A stretch of DNA of 64,000 nucleotides. It comes from Nitrospirota bacterium (lineage in GTDB: Bacteria > Nitrospirota > UBA9217). Of the stretch, positions 18,902-28,772 are shown one piece after another. The first letter of the stretch is position 1, and every line of letters begins with the position of its first letter. The position numbers and the translations under genes are program-made. Under the pieces are notes generated by a model. It was given only the letters and a program-made list of their open reading frames with translations. It was not told the DNA's origin and ran no database searches. The stretch covers positions 72,250 to 136,249 of the forward strand of contig JAGVOT010000128.1 in the NCBI GenBank assembly GCA_020052615.1. Reading direction: 5' to 3'.

Positions 18902-20104
18902 TTAATACATCCGATACAGCTCTTTCACCAATATTCCAGTGACCATCCTGTCATCGCTCTTTAACGATTCCGCCACTTTCAGCGCCCCTTCCATATGAGG
19001 CGTCGAAACCCCGATCTTTTTCGACATGTACGCCTCGAGGAAGGCCGAGAACTTGTCCGCTACTTCTACCAGTTCACCGTCAACGGGATTGAAGCGATCG
19101 TCGTTGTACTGTTTGCTGATGTCGTCGCTCGAAACGACCTCGATCTTCCCATCCTTCCGCACCTTGCTCGCGAATTCGTTCAGGGTGAAATACTTGAAAT
19201 CACCGAGCCACCCCTCTTCCAGCAGCGGGTAGATCTCTTCCTCGGCAAGCTCCCGCTCGATCTGGCTGATGGCCTCGGGCATACCCTCTACCGAATTCTT
19301 GACCGGCGAGATAATGTCCCGGGTCACGGCTTCGGGCAGATCGTGGAACAAGGCTCCGAAGAAGTTGTTGAAAAGCCGGCGATCGCAAGCTGGAATCTCG
19401 CGCGTTAGAAGGTAGGTTAAGCAGGCGGTCATAAGCATGTGACCCAGAACCGAGGTGCGCGGCAGCCGCGGGATGCCGCCCCATCGGACTTGAAACCGGA
19501 GCTGTCCACAGAGGTCGATGAAATCCGCTACCTTCCCGGCGGTCACGATCTTCCGCATGCCCACGAGGTCCATGTGCTGTTCGAGATCTCTCCTGAGCGC
19601 TTGCTCGATCTTCGGTATCTGGTACCCAAGTGGGTTGGTCTGGCGGATGATCTGAAATTCCCAATAGGTAGCGTAATGGTGTGCCGCAGCGAGGATCTTC
19701 CGCGTGAGAGGATCGAGGGTCTTCTCGTCCTCCAGGTAGTTCTTGAATTCGTCCCGAAGCGTCCCGCCCGCGACCGAATCGATCTCGGGCCCGATCTTCC
19801 CAAAGACCCAGCGGTTCAGTTCGGCGAACTGGTGAGGGTACTTGTCCTTGATCTTGTTATAAACGGGAGACTTGATGTCGGAGAGAACGATCCTGCGAAA
19901 GAGCTCGAACACGCCGCCCTTGATGATGCCGTGCCAGTCAACCTGCCGGCCTTCGCCCTCCTCGTATTTGCCGAGGCAGTAGGCGATGATCATCTTGTGG
20001 CTGTGCTTATCCAGCTCGGTCAGTTCGACGGGCCGGATCTTGTCGTTCCAACGCTGGATGTAGGATGCCTCGAAGAGGCGGAGCGCGAGTGCCTTGCTGA
20101 GCAT
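18902..20104 (-). CDS. HD-domain phosphohydrolase (long form, ~400 aa)
   Basis: SVLGHMLMTACLTYLL...GALFHDLPEAVTRD carries H...HD...D metal-binding motifs. GAGGAGG RBS upstream. Confidence 0.7.
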   Translation of the reverse strand: MLSKALALRLFEASYIQRWNDKIRPVELTELDKHSHKMIIAYCLGKYEEGEGRQVDWHGIIKGGVFELFRRIVLSDIKSPVYNKIKDKYPHQFAELNRWVFGKIGPEIDSVAGGTLRDEFKNYLEDEKTLDPLTRKILAAAHHYATYWEFQIIRQTNPLGYQIPKIEQALRRDLEQHMDLVGMRKIVTAGKVADFIDLCGQLRFQVRWGGIPRLPRTSVLGHMLMTACLTYLLTREIPACDRRLFNNFFGALFHDLPEAVTRDIISPVKNSVEGMPEAISQIERELAEEEIYPLLEEGWLGDFKYFTLNEFASKVRKDGKIEVVSSDDISKQYNDDRFNPVDGELVEVADKFSAFLEAYMSKKIGVSTPHMEGALKVAESLKSDDRMVTGILVKELYRMY

Positions 20105-20471
20105 GCTACCTCCTCAAGGGGTAGTAACAGAACGTGCAAATTGTAGCATAACGGCCTATAAAGACAACGAATATAATATTGAAACCTCTATAGGTTCAGA
20201 TATGACCTACGATGTCGTCTGATGAGATCGACGACCTGTTTCGCCGATTCCTCCAGGATCAATGACCCTGATATTGGGGTCCCAGTCGATCATTGGCCAG
20301 TCTTCGTTTATGTCCACGAATGCATTTCAACGACCTCCTCTTCTCTTATATAAGCTATCACGTTATACTGACAGCAGTTTGTCAGTGATTTAATGTATCG
20401 GAAATGCGATTATCCACAGTGCCAACACTATTTATGTTAATATCGGCCTCAGATACTTTTGCGGATATATC

Positions 20472-20735
20472 ATGAGACTTGCTACCATAAAAGAAGTGTC
20501 GGCTTTATTGAAAGTAAATACGTCCACACTTTATTCGTGGGTACATAGCCGCACCATCCCCTTTCATAAACTGAACGGATTGATCCGTTTTGACCTTGAT
20601 GAAATCGAAAAATGGGTTAAATCTTCTGGAATGGAAATCTCTCCACCTCCACAAAGAGCCAGGGCAAAATCAAAAAACATAGATATCGATGGGATTGTGA
20701 GGCGGGCAATAGATACAACCAAGGGTAGGAAATAG
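20472..20735 (+). CDS. Excisionase/AlpA-like helix-turn-helix DNA-binding protein
   Basis: MRLATIKEVSALLKVNTSTLYSWVHSRTIPFHKLNGLIRFDLDEIEKWV is typical of excisionase-family HTH proteins. Adjacent to the integrase module. Confidence 0.6.
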   Translation: MRLATIKEVSALLKVNTSTLYSWVHSRTIPFHKLNGLIRFDLDEIEKWVKSSGMEISPPPQRARAKSKNIDIDGIVRRAIDTTKGRK

Positions 20736-20785
20736 TTTGTCGAAAGAGCAGGCCCGACTGAAATCTCAGTCGGGCCTTATTGATT

Positions 20786-21513
20786 TTACCTGATGGCTTC
20801 CTGACATTCATTTCTGAAACTGCATACCCGGCATTTACCTGGTGTCGGTGTCGCCCTTGGTGACTGACGGAACTGCAATGCCTTTCGCATCTGACCAATG
20901 ATCGACCTCACCGACTGCATAGCCCGTTGCATTTTAGGATTATCCTTGCGGAACGTGAACGACTTGTTCGGATACCGCAGATCAGCCTCCTTCTTACCCA
21001 CCACAAGCATCTGGGCAGCAACATAGAGCACATCTCCATGCCGCGCATTGCCCTTAATAGTCGCGCTCTTATATTCGACGGTCTTTCCCCGCTCAACCAC
21101 ATCAGGCTTGCAGGACAAGCCCAGGTCGTTATTCCGGTAAACCGTGACGCCTCTGCCGTCCAGATCCTGGTCAACGACCCATGACGTGATGCCGATTTTC
21201 CTTCTATCCCTGCGAAGCTTCAAATAGTACAAAGCGCCTATTGTAAAAGCGACAAGAGCCAAAGTAAGCATGCAATACCTCCAATCGTCATGAATTTTGA
21301 TATGACCGACTGCGTCTTCTGGGCCTGTCTTACCGGCCCGGACTTTTGTTGATGGAATTCCTGGCCACGTCTGGAAGGCTGAGTTGAGCATGACTGCTGT
21401 TGCAGCCTCCTCCGGCCTCCTGTTCTCAGGAGATACCATTGTCTGGGGCAGAAATCCCACTGTTTGAGCTCCGATGCGTTGATATTAGGCTTGTTTTTCT
21501 TCGTCATTTTCAT
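20786..21513 (-). pseudogene. Cas4/DUF83-like PD-(D/E)XK nuclease, apparently frameshifted (two overlapping ORFs in different frames).
   Basis: Frame A (21,513→) encodes INASELKQWDFCPRQWYLL, a Cas4-like N-terminal Cys motif. Frame B (→20,786) encodes PDVVERGKTVEYKS...HGDVLYVAAQML and C-terminal GKCRVCSFRNEC (D...ExK plus three Cys). The frames overlap over 21,238–21,460. Confidence 0.45.
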
Positions 21514-22696
21514 CCTCCGTTAAGTTTTCAGCTGACGCGGCCTTCTCTTGTTCGGCCATCTTCCCATCAAGAAACTTCTCGAATGCCGACCCGTCCCTTC
21601 TGGTCAGGTTCGGGATAAACCGGGAGTAGACCTTGAACAACATCTCCGTGTTGGCATGTCCCAGCTGCCTTGCCACCCATTCCGGATTCTCTCCGGATGC
21701 CAGCCACATCGTTGCCGCCGTATGGCGGGTCTGATAGGGTGTTCGGTCGGACAGCTCTGCCTTCTTGAGCGTTGGATACCACACCCTCTTGGAGATGTTA
21801 TTATGGTCAAGCGGCTTTCCACGTTTTGTTGTAAAGACGAGGTCACCGTTCCCAGTCTTCTCCTTTTGCCTCTTCAAGGCTTCTTCAACTGCTTTACTCA
21901 TATCGATATCCCGGACGGAACTCTGTGTTTTGGGGCTGACCCACTGTCCGCTCTGCCAGGTTTCGCGGACTTGGATCCTTTTCCCCGCAAAATCTACGTA
22001 CTTCCACTTGAGCCCGTCGATCTCTGCGGTCCTCATACCGGTAAAGAACCGGACCACGTAGTAGTCGTTGAACTCCTCCGGAACATGCTTCAGAAGCTGA
22101 AATACCTCGTCCGGCGAGAAAGGCATTATGTCGGTCTTCTTGAGCGGTAAGGGCTTGAAGTTAGTGAACGGGGTAGTAAAATCGTACTGTTCCGCCGCCT
22201 CGTTCATGATCAAACGGAGCACCAGGATGATATTGTTGATCCGTTTGTTGCTGATCTTCTGATCCTTCTTGCCCGGCAGGTCCCCCAGAGCCGTCCTAAA
22301 CTCCTTCACCATCCACTTGGTGATATCAAGAACCGGCTTGTCCTTGAAGTACGGGATCAGGTGCCGCTTCATGACCGACTGGAAGTCCCGTTGGACCGAG
22401 GGTTTCCAGGAGATCTTGTTATTCTTGTACCAGGTGTTGGCATACTCCTCGAACATCACGCCGATCTTTGGGCCGGTTTCTTCATTGAATTTCGATGCGT
22501 TCTTGCTATCAGGAAAATACTTGCCGTAACTGAAGGTCCCGAGCCTAATCTCACTCTCGATCCTTTTAAGAGCATCGTTCATGAGTTTGATGTTCTCAGG
22601 ACTTTCCTTGAGCTCCGTATACTCCTTGCATCGAATTCCTTTATACCTGAAGTCGAAGTACAGATACCCGGCCTCGGTGCGACGAACCTTACCCAT
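21485..22696 (-). CDS. int: Tyrosine site-specific recombinase (phage-type integrase)
   Basis: N-terminal Arm-type DNA-binding region. C-terminal catalytic region ...RHTAATMWLASGENPEWVARQLGHANTEMLFKVYSRF carrying the R/H/Y residues. Confidence 0.9.
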   Translation of the reverse strand: MGKVRRTEAGYLYFDFRYKGIRCKEYTELKESPENIKLMNDALKRIESEIRLGTFSYGKYFPDSKNASKFNEETGPKIGVMFEEYANTWYKNNKISWKPSVQRDFQSVMKRHLIPYFKDKPVLDITKWMVKEFRTALGDLPGKKDQKISNKRINNIILVLRLIMNEAAEQYDFTTPFTNFKPLPLKKTDIMPFSPDEVFQLLKHVPEEFNDYYVVRFFTGMRTAEIDGLKWKYVDFAGKRIQVRETWQSGQWVSPKTQSSVRDIDMSKAVEEALKRQKEKTGNGDLVFTTKRGKPLDHNNISKRVWYPTLKKAELSDRTPYQTRHTAATMWLASGENPEWVARQLGHANTEMLFKVYSRFIPNLTRRDGSAFEKFLDGKMAEQEKAASAENLTEDENDEEKQA

Positions 22697-22940
22697 TGCC
22701 TCTGCCCCTTCTCAGCACGATCCTGTTCATCGGATTGTGTTCCGGTGCCGTAATAGGCATACCCCAGCTCACCATCATTTTCTCGATCTCATTCCAGATA
22801 TAAAGGATCTTTCTGCCGCCAAAGGGCTGGATGTAATGAACCCCTCTCTTGAACACCCGATCTTTCATCTGCTCCCGGATGTAACGGGGCTCGTATTTGA
22901 TCCTTGTGCTCAGTTCATCTGTTGTAAGATACAGAATCAT
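22689..22940 (-). CDS. Small HTH/excisionase-like DNA-binding protein
   Basis: MILYLTTDELSTRIKYEPRYIREQMKDRVFKRGVHYIQPFGG. The position directly upstream of int is typical of xis-like genes. Confidence 0.5.
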   Translation of the reverse strand: MILYLTTDELSTRIKYEPRYIREQMKDRVFKRGVHYIQPFGGRKILYIWNEIEKMMVSWGMPITAPEHNPMNRIVLRRGRGNG

Positions 22941-22943
22941 GGT

Positions 22944-23429
22944 TTATGCTCCTTTCCCTGTGGCTGCGGCCTTCCGGGACCGGCCGGTTTTCGAGGCCTT
23001 TGCTTCTGCTGCTGCCTTTTCCATCCGCTCATTCAAGAGCGTTACCATTGTCGCAAAACTCTCGCTGTAGGCAATGTTTCCGTCTTCAACAGACACAATC
23101 GCAGTGTTCTTAACCGTCCTGGGAGTCGGTACTTTCTCAAGAAATCTGCCGTCCATCTCGGATAAGATATAAATGGAGCCGATCTGATTGCACAGCGATG
23201 TGAGCGCCTCACGATCCCGCTCTATTTCCAGGTCGCCGAACCATATTTTCTTTGCTTTGGCATCAAAGATATTTGCATTGAAGATCGTTGTGGGTTTTGC
23301 CATGCTTTTGCTCCGATAGATCATCCTTCCATGAAGTCCCAGAAGCGTCACCGCAGCCAGAGAAATATTTGTTATTTTCCCGTCGATCCAGGGGGATTCA
23401 TTCTTCTTCATTGTTTCCTTTTTGTTCAT
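22944..23429 (-). CDS. Hypothetical protein (mobile-element cargo)
   Basis: 161-aa ORF co-oriented with the int operon. Confidence 0.4.
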   Translation of the reverse strand: MNKKETMKKNESPWIDGKITNISLAAVTLLGLHGRMIYRSKSMAKPTTIFNANIFDAKAKKIWFGDLEIERDREALTSLCNQIGSIYILSEMDGRFLEKVPTPRTVKNTAIVSVEDGNIAYSESFATMVTLLNERMEKAAAEAKASKTGRSRKAAATGKGA

Positions 23430-23473
23430 ATAGGGGCCCTCTCTTTCTGTCTGAACAGCTCCTTTGTCTTTGC

Positions 23474-23716
23474 TTATATGCCCTCTTTGACCGCCTGGTA
23501 GGCGTCATCAAGCATCCCCCGTGTGATGATATGGTTCGGCGCGATTGCCAAATCGGCAATTTCCTTGGCATCCCTGGCGTAGATCATATATTCTTCGATA
23601 CCCGTCTTTTTGCTGCACTCCAAAAGCAGCAGCTCCATGAAATCATGAGCCCTTCTGTTGTCAAGACTGTTGAACAACCGTTCCAAATGATCGTTATCTT
23701 CGTTTAATATGTACAT
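23474..23716 (-). CDS. Hypothetical small protein
   Basis: 80-aa ORF with a plausible start at the head of the int-directed operon. Confidence 0.3.
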   Translation of the reverse strand: MYILNEDNDHLERLFNSLDNRRAHDFMELLLLECSKKTGIEEYMIYARDAKEIADLAIAPNHIITRGMLDDAYQAVKEGI

Positions 23717-23884
23717 TACTGCCTCCTTTGATATGGGTTGATTGCCAAACCTCTCAAAATGCGTAACGCCAAGTGGTTCCTTGTGTATCCGGTGAGCCGT
23801 CCGTTCTTACTTGAAGATTGAGACCTCCTTGTTATAATGAGTGCCAATTTGTCATCCTGTATGTAATTTTATCTTTCATAATAT

Positions 23885-23945
23885 CGTTTGTCAAGACAAT
23901 TATACATTCTAAATGTAATTATTTTATACTGATTGACAATTTACT
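23885..23945. promoter_or_regulatory. AT-rich divergent promoter/operator region carrying a palindrome and TTGACA-like boxes.
   Basis: TTGTCAAGACAA palindrome. Second TTGACAATTTAC copy about 40 bp downstream. Lies between divergent genes (23,716 minus; 24,008 plus XRE). Confidence 0.25.
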
Positions 23946-24007
23946 ATGAAATGTGATAAGAAAAGGCAGGTTTATTCAGGAGATGCACGCTGAAGGGAGT
24001 ACAACAA

Positions 24008-24208
24008 ATGATCAAATGCCATCTGTCGAAATTAATGGGAGAGCGGAAACTGAAGATTGCTGATGTAGCCCGCGACTTGGATGTTCATCGAAATACGATC
24101 ACACTCCTCTATCACGAAAAGGCCAAGAGGATAGATTTTGAGGTCCTTGATAAGCTATGCAAATATTTTGATTGTCAGGTGGGTGATATCATAGAGTTCA
24201 AAAAGTAA
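24008..24208 (+). CDS. XRE/Cro-family helix-turn-helix transcriptional regulator
   Basis: LKIADVARDLDVHRNTITLLYHEKAKRIDFEVLDKLCKYFDCQVGDII is a classic Cro/C1 HTH. Confidence 0.7.
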   Translation: MIKCHLSKLMGERKLKIADVARDLDVHRNTITLLYHEKAKRIDFEVLDKLCKYFDCQVGDIIEFKK

Positions 24209-24216
24209 TTCTTACC

Positions 24217-25401
24217 TCATGATGTTCTTGTAAGCGCCGATAACGCAGATTCCACCCAGCCGAAGCCGATTCTTTCTTGCTCAAGACGCAGATTCCTGCG
24301 TATTCGGTTGTCTCGCAAATCATCATAAAGCGCCCTTTCCTCCGGATGCAACATAGCCAAGTCGCGTAGAGTCTGCTTTTCTTCCTCGCCCCATAGCGTT
24401 TCAAATGCAAACAACGTATTGCGGTCCATCAGAAACGACTCTACGTGTTCAAATTGACTGCGAAGTTGATCAAGGATCGCGAAGCCATGGGTATCAATAT
24501 CACCCCAATAAACAATACGGCGGTGGGAAAGCCACTCGGCTTTACTCAACATCTCGAAACCGTAGCCCGCGCCAAAGATAACCATACTGTCTTTGACCTG
24601 CGGAAAGGCTAAGAAGTTGATCTCGTTCTCGGTGATGAAGACACGTGAGACCTTGGGCTCGATACTGGCAAAACTCTCAGCATCAAGGGTAATGTCCTGT
24701 ATAAGAGCGCCCGGCAATAAAGCGCGCTTTGGATCGATTACCCGAAAGCGGATGCGCTCCGGCTTATCACAAAATCCATAACGCTTTGCGAATTGCCTCG
24801 TTCCAGAGGCCGTCGGATCAATTACTGCGGGCGATAGGACGATATCCAGCAACTCTTCGAGCACTGCACGATGGGCTTCGATGAACTTGCTGTGGACACT
24901 TGGGAGGTCTACTTGTCTTAGGTACACGCCAGGGCGTGGATGTTTTTGTAGCCAGCCGACTATTTCTAGCAGCAGACTCCACTCGTTAGAGAGCTCTAAC
25001 GCGCGAATCGGCCGTTTGGCCAACCAGCCCACCACTTGAGGCTGGCGCTTACGTGTTACATCGATCAACGCAGTGAAGCGGGTAACATCTCGTTGTTTGC
25101 TAATGAGTGCCAAGGCATCTTCGACGGTATCGATCCATACCTCATGGGGTACAGCATTTTCACCGAAGACACGGTGCTTGAACTCACGCATCTCGACTCG
25201 GCAGTGAGGCATCGCCCGAAGCTCACTGATCCAGGTGCGCGCCTCTTCGAAGTGATCGGCCATTTCACCCGACGTAGGGCCTTTGAACAGCAAACGCTTC
25301 GGGAATAGCGACTCACCCGTAACAAGACTGGCCAGCAGTTCTCCCCGATCCCATAACTTTTGCACCTGGGCACGAAGGTTAACCGGCCTTGTCCAATTCA
25401 T
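24217..25401 (-). CDS. jetD: Wadjet JetD (DUF3322/DUF2220, Toprim/topoisomerase VI-like)
   Basis: C-terminal VIFGAGYGFEML...IVYWGDIDTHGFAILDQLR matches the JetD/MksG Toprim-like module. Last gene of a four-gene jet operon. Confidence 0.8.
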   Translation of the reverse strand: MNWTRPVNLRAQVQKLWDRGELLASLVTGESLFPKRLLFKGPTSGEMADHFEEARTWISELRAMPHCRVEMREFKHRVFGENAVPHEVWIDTVEDALALISKQRDVTRFTALIDVTRKRQPQVVGWLAKRPIRALELSNEWSLLLEIVGWLQKHPRPGVYLRQVDLPSVHSKFIEAHRAVLEELLDIVLSPAVIDPTASGTRQFAKRYGFCDKPERIRFRVIDPKRALLPGALIQDITLDAESFASIEPKVSRVFITENEINFLAFPQVKDSMVIFGAGYGFEMLSKAEWLSHRRIVYWGDIDTHGFAILDQLRSQFEHVESFLMDRNTLFAFETLWGEEEKQTLRDLAMLHPEERALYDDLRDNRIRRNLRLEQERIGFGWVESALSALTRTS

Positions 25402-28400
25402 CCGACTATCCTCGCTTTTTCCGCGTGGTAATCCTCAATTGAGAGATTACGCAGTTTGGACGCTCGACCTTCCTCATTCTGAACAAACCCAACGCTAGAG
25501 ACGAATGGTTCAATGATGTGAATTTTCTGCAGAGGTGTGACAATCAGGATCTGCAAGTTGAGTTGGGCAAACAGTCGCAAGCCGTACTGTGCGGAGTCAT
25601 CTGATCCTCGCCCAAAGGCTTCATCGATGACCACGAAACGGAAGGATCGGGAACGTACCGCTCCCCATTCAAGACCGAACTGATAGGCCAGGCTAGCCGC
25701 CAAGATGGTATAGGCGAGTTTCTCCTTTTGACCTCCTGACTTGCCACTCGAATCAGAATAGTGCTCGTGTTCGCTATTGTCCTCGCGCCAGCGCTCGCTG
25801 GCGGCGAATACAAACCAGTTCCGCACATCAGTGACCTTGGCTTCCCAACGCCGATCCTGCTCGGATAACCCCTCTCGACCTCGAAAGCGTTCGATAATAT
25901 GCTTAACCTGCAAGAACTTGGCTTCGGAATATTGGGTATCGTCAGAACCGGTCAGTGCCCCTTCGGTACAGGCGCGCAGGTCGGTCTGAAAATCTCGGAT
26001 CTCGGCATCCGGTGTCGGTTGAGCTTCCAGCACGATATAGCGGCCGGCATTGTAGTCGATCTGGGTGAGCGACTTGTTGATATGTGCGATACGTTCCTTG
26101 ATTGTTTCTCTCTCGCGGGCCAACTGCGATTGAAAATTCGCCACCTCGCGGATGGTGTTTTCGTTCAGCAATTCCTTGAATCGAGCTTCAAAACGAGGTA
26201 GATCGTCGTTTTTTAGTTGGTGAAGCATATTCCGGTATTCGACAGCTGCTTCTATGCTGGCATCTACCTCTGCTGTTTCCAGCTTGAATTCTTCTTTGTA
26301 CGACGCCATTGCCTGGATGATCTTATCGCGCATACGTGTGCGCTTCAGGTCTTCGGCATCGATCCTGGACTGTAACAAGTCGCGCATGTCACGCTCGCGG
26401 TTGTCACAGGATTCGACAGTAAGTTGATGCTCGCCCACGGTCTCGCTTCGTATGGCATTAAGACGCTCGAAATGGAATGAGTGGCTCGTTTGCTCGGGTG
26501 TACTGACCAGCGCTAAGGCCTGGTCACGCAAATCTTCGGCAGCTCTGAGCTTGGCTTGAGTAGCCCCCAGTTCTTGGGTTTTTTTCGCAAGCTTTATCTC
26601 AGTATCAGCGAGTTCACCGCGAAGTGCTCTCAGTCGTTCGCTCAATTGCTTGAGCACATCTGAGGCAGACTCGAGCCTTTGCTTCTCGTCTGTAAGCTGA
26701 GCCACCTCCAAGGCAAGGGACTGCCAGTCGATTTCACGAAAATCAACGTACTCATCGAGTTTCGACAACGCCGTAAGGCGTTCGTCGAGCGTTTTTTGGT
26801 CGGATTGAATCTTGCCAATGAGGACGCCCAATTCTCCCAAGCTAGTCTCCAACTTTCTTTCTTTGGCTTCCAGTGCCGCTATTTTCGCCGCGTTAGTCCA
26901 GCCCAGCACATAGCGACCGCGATCATCCAGCCGGTAACGGTCGTCTTTTTCGTGACGCTCGCCGGGAGACTTGATTTGGCCCGCAAGCGTGATGGCGCGG
27001 GTCTCACGACGGAACTGCTCCTGTGTTGTGCAGCATGCCAGGTCGAAACGGTGAGCCACTTCACGTTCGAGCCAGTCGTAGAAAGGAGAGTCAGGCTTGA
27101 TGACTATTTTCCGCGCAAGGGAATCCCGGTGCAGATTAGGCAGATCGCGCTGAGAACCCTGGCGTATCCGAAAATAGACCAAACGTCCCCTTAGATGTGT
27201 TCTGTCGACCCAGTGAGACACCGCTACATAATGTTTATCTGGTACCAGAAGCGACAGACCGAAGCTACGCAATAGCCGTTCAGCGGCCCCCTCCCAGTCG
27301 CGTTCATCGTCACGGACTTGCAGCAGTTCGCCGGAAAAAGGCATATCCTCTTCTGGCAAGCCGAGTGCTTCGCATAACGCAGCGCGCATGGACACCTGCT
27401 CACCGGAAATGTTGCTGCGCCGGACTTTTAGACTGTTTATTTCCGAGGTCAGCTTTTCGTGCTCCTGCTTGCCCTGTCGAAAGTTCACGCCTTGCTCAGT
27501 GAGTTCGTTTTGCAGCTCCGCTTCACGAGTTTTCAACCCATTGCCCAGATCTCTGAAGCGACCATGCAACATAAGGAACTCGGCTTCCGTTTCGGCCGTG
27601 GCTTCGCCGACGGCGCGCACTAGCTTTCCGTATCGCTGCGCTTTCTCCAATCTTTTTTCCCGTTCTGTATCTTTGCTGCGAATGTCGGCTGCTAATCGCT
27701 CAATCCGATCGCCGCCGTTATCAGCGATACTTTGCTTGAGCTCGCCTTCGGTCACTCGCTGCGCGTCACGGAGTTCCTTAGTCCGCTTGACCTGGCTGTC
27801 TTGACGTCTCCATTCTCCATCAAGTCCTGAGATACGTTTTTCTAGCAGGCCGAGTTTCAGGCCTGCGAAGTAGGGTCCCAGCGCCTCGCGACAGGCGCGG
27901 AGTTCCTCCACTTGGGAAAGAAGGGAGTTATAGCGTTCACAATCAGAGACCAACGGTGAGAGCAGTTCCAGTTGACGCTTGGCCTTCAGTACAGCCACGT
28001 GCGCCCGGTTCAAGTCATCAAAATGGGCGATCAAGGCAGAGACGCGTGGCTCAACATCAAAAGGTTCAAGCATATGGCTGCGGACGAAGTCAGTCAGGTT
28101 ACCCACCGACTTCATCGACACCGTTTGGTGAAATAGCTCCAGTGCCTGTTCGTTCTCGATACCGAATCGACGACGAAACCAGGCGCCATAGGTCGGAAAA
28201 CTGTCAACCACCTCTGCGCCCAGACCACGCAATTTCTTCCGCAATCCGGTAATGTCCGGGCCGAAATGCGCGAAGTCCTCCGCAATCGACAATGCTCGCT
28301 CTGCGCCTACAAAGAAGCGGGCAGGCTGCGTCAGGGAGTCTTTCATCCAGAAGACCTGTGCCAGCGTGACCGTTTGTTCGTAGCCCGCGTTATGAAAAAC

Positions 28401-28772
28401 TCCCAGGATAACAGAGTAATTATTGTGGTCGCGAAGCGCTACAGGTTTGGCTGTGCCACTCACCTCATTGCGCTCGGACTTAAAATGCCCGAGCACATAG
28501 GATCGTAGCGTGCGTTCCTTGTTGTCGGCCCCGGCTGCCTTGTTGTAGGCGATGCGGTGCGCCGGCACCAGCAGCGTGGTGACCGCATCCACCAGTGTCG
28601 ATTTGCCCGATCCTATATCGCCGGTGAGCAAGATGTTCTTGCCGCTCGGATTCAGCGCCCACACTCGGCCATCAAAGGTGCCCCAGTTGAATACCTCTAG
28701 ACGATGCAAACGGAAGCCCGAAAGCACATCGCCGTCTGCACCAGCCAGACCCACGGTTTGCGCATCATCCAT
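25398..28772 (-). CDS. jetC: Wadjet JetC (SMC-like ABC ATPase)
   Basis: N-terminal Walker A (LLTGDIGSGKSTLVDA). Long coiled-coil middle. C-terminal signature/D-loop (GKSGGQKEKLAYTILAASLAYQF...FRFVVIDEAFGRGSD). Start placed at MDDAQTV to avoid overlapping jetB. Confidence 0.85.
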   Translation of the reverse strand: MDDAQTVGLAGADGDVLSGFRLHRLEVFNWGTFDGRVWALNPSGKNILLTGDIGSGKSTLVDAVTTLLVPAHRIAYNKAAGADNKERTLRSYVLGHFKSERNEVSGTAKPVALRDHNNYSVILGVFHNAGYEQTVTLAQVFWMKDSLTQPARFFVGAERALSIAEDFAHFGPDITGLRKKLRGLGAEVVDSFPTYGAWFRRRFGIENEQALELFHQTVSMKSVGNLTDFVRSHMLEPFDVEPRVSALIAHFDDLNRAHVAVLKAKRQLELLSPLVSDCERYNSLLSQVEELRACREALGPYFAGLKLGLLEKRISGLDGEWRRQDSQVKRTKELRDAQRVTEGELKQSIADNGGDRIERLAADIRSKDTEREKRLEKAQRYGKLVRAVGEATAETEAEFLMLHGRFRDLGNGLKTREAELQNELTEQGVNFRQGKQEHEKLTSEINSLKVRRSNISGEQVSMRAALCEALGLPEEDMPFSGELLQVRDDERDWEGAAERLLRSFGLSLLVPDKHYVAVSHWVDRTHLRGRLVYFRIRQGSQRDLPNLHRDSLARKIVIKPDSPFYDWLEREVAHRFDLACCTTQEQFRRETRAITLAGQIKSPGERHEKDDRYRLDDRGRYVLGWTNAAKIAALEAKERKLETSLGELGVLIGKIQSDQKTLDERLTALSKLDEYVDFREIDWQSLALEVAQLTDEKQRLESASDVLKQLSERLRALRGELADTEIKLAKKTQELGATQAKLRAAEDLRDQALALVSTPEQTSHSFHFERLNAIRSETVGEHQLTVESCDNRERDMRDLLQSRIDAEDLKRTRMRDKIIQAMASYKEEFKLETAEVDASIEAAVEYRNMLHQLKNDDLPRFEARFKELLNENTIREVANFQSQLARERETIKERIAHINKSLTQIDYNAGRYIVLEAQPTPDAEIRDFQTDLRACTEGALTGSDDTQYSEAKFLQVKHIIERFRGREGLSEQDRRWEAKVTDVRNWFVFAASERWREDNSEHEHYSDSSGKSGGQKEKLAYTILAASLAYQFGLEWGAVRSRSFRFVVIDEAFGRGSDDSAQYGLRLFAQLNLQILIVTPLQKIHIIEPFVSSVGFVQNEEGRASKLRNLSIEDYHAEKARIVG

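Noticed and set aside
20104-20470. Possible att site or tRNA fragment between the HD gene and the excisionase-like gene
   Set aside because: I found no copy of the tRNA-fMet 3' segment there by eye. The region is AT-rich promoter-like DNA, and confirming it would need a proper repeat search.
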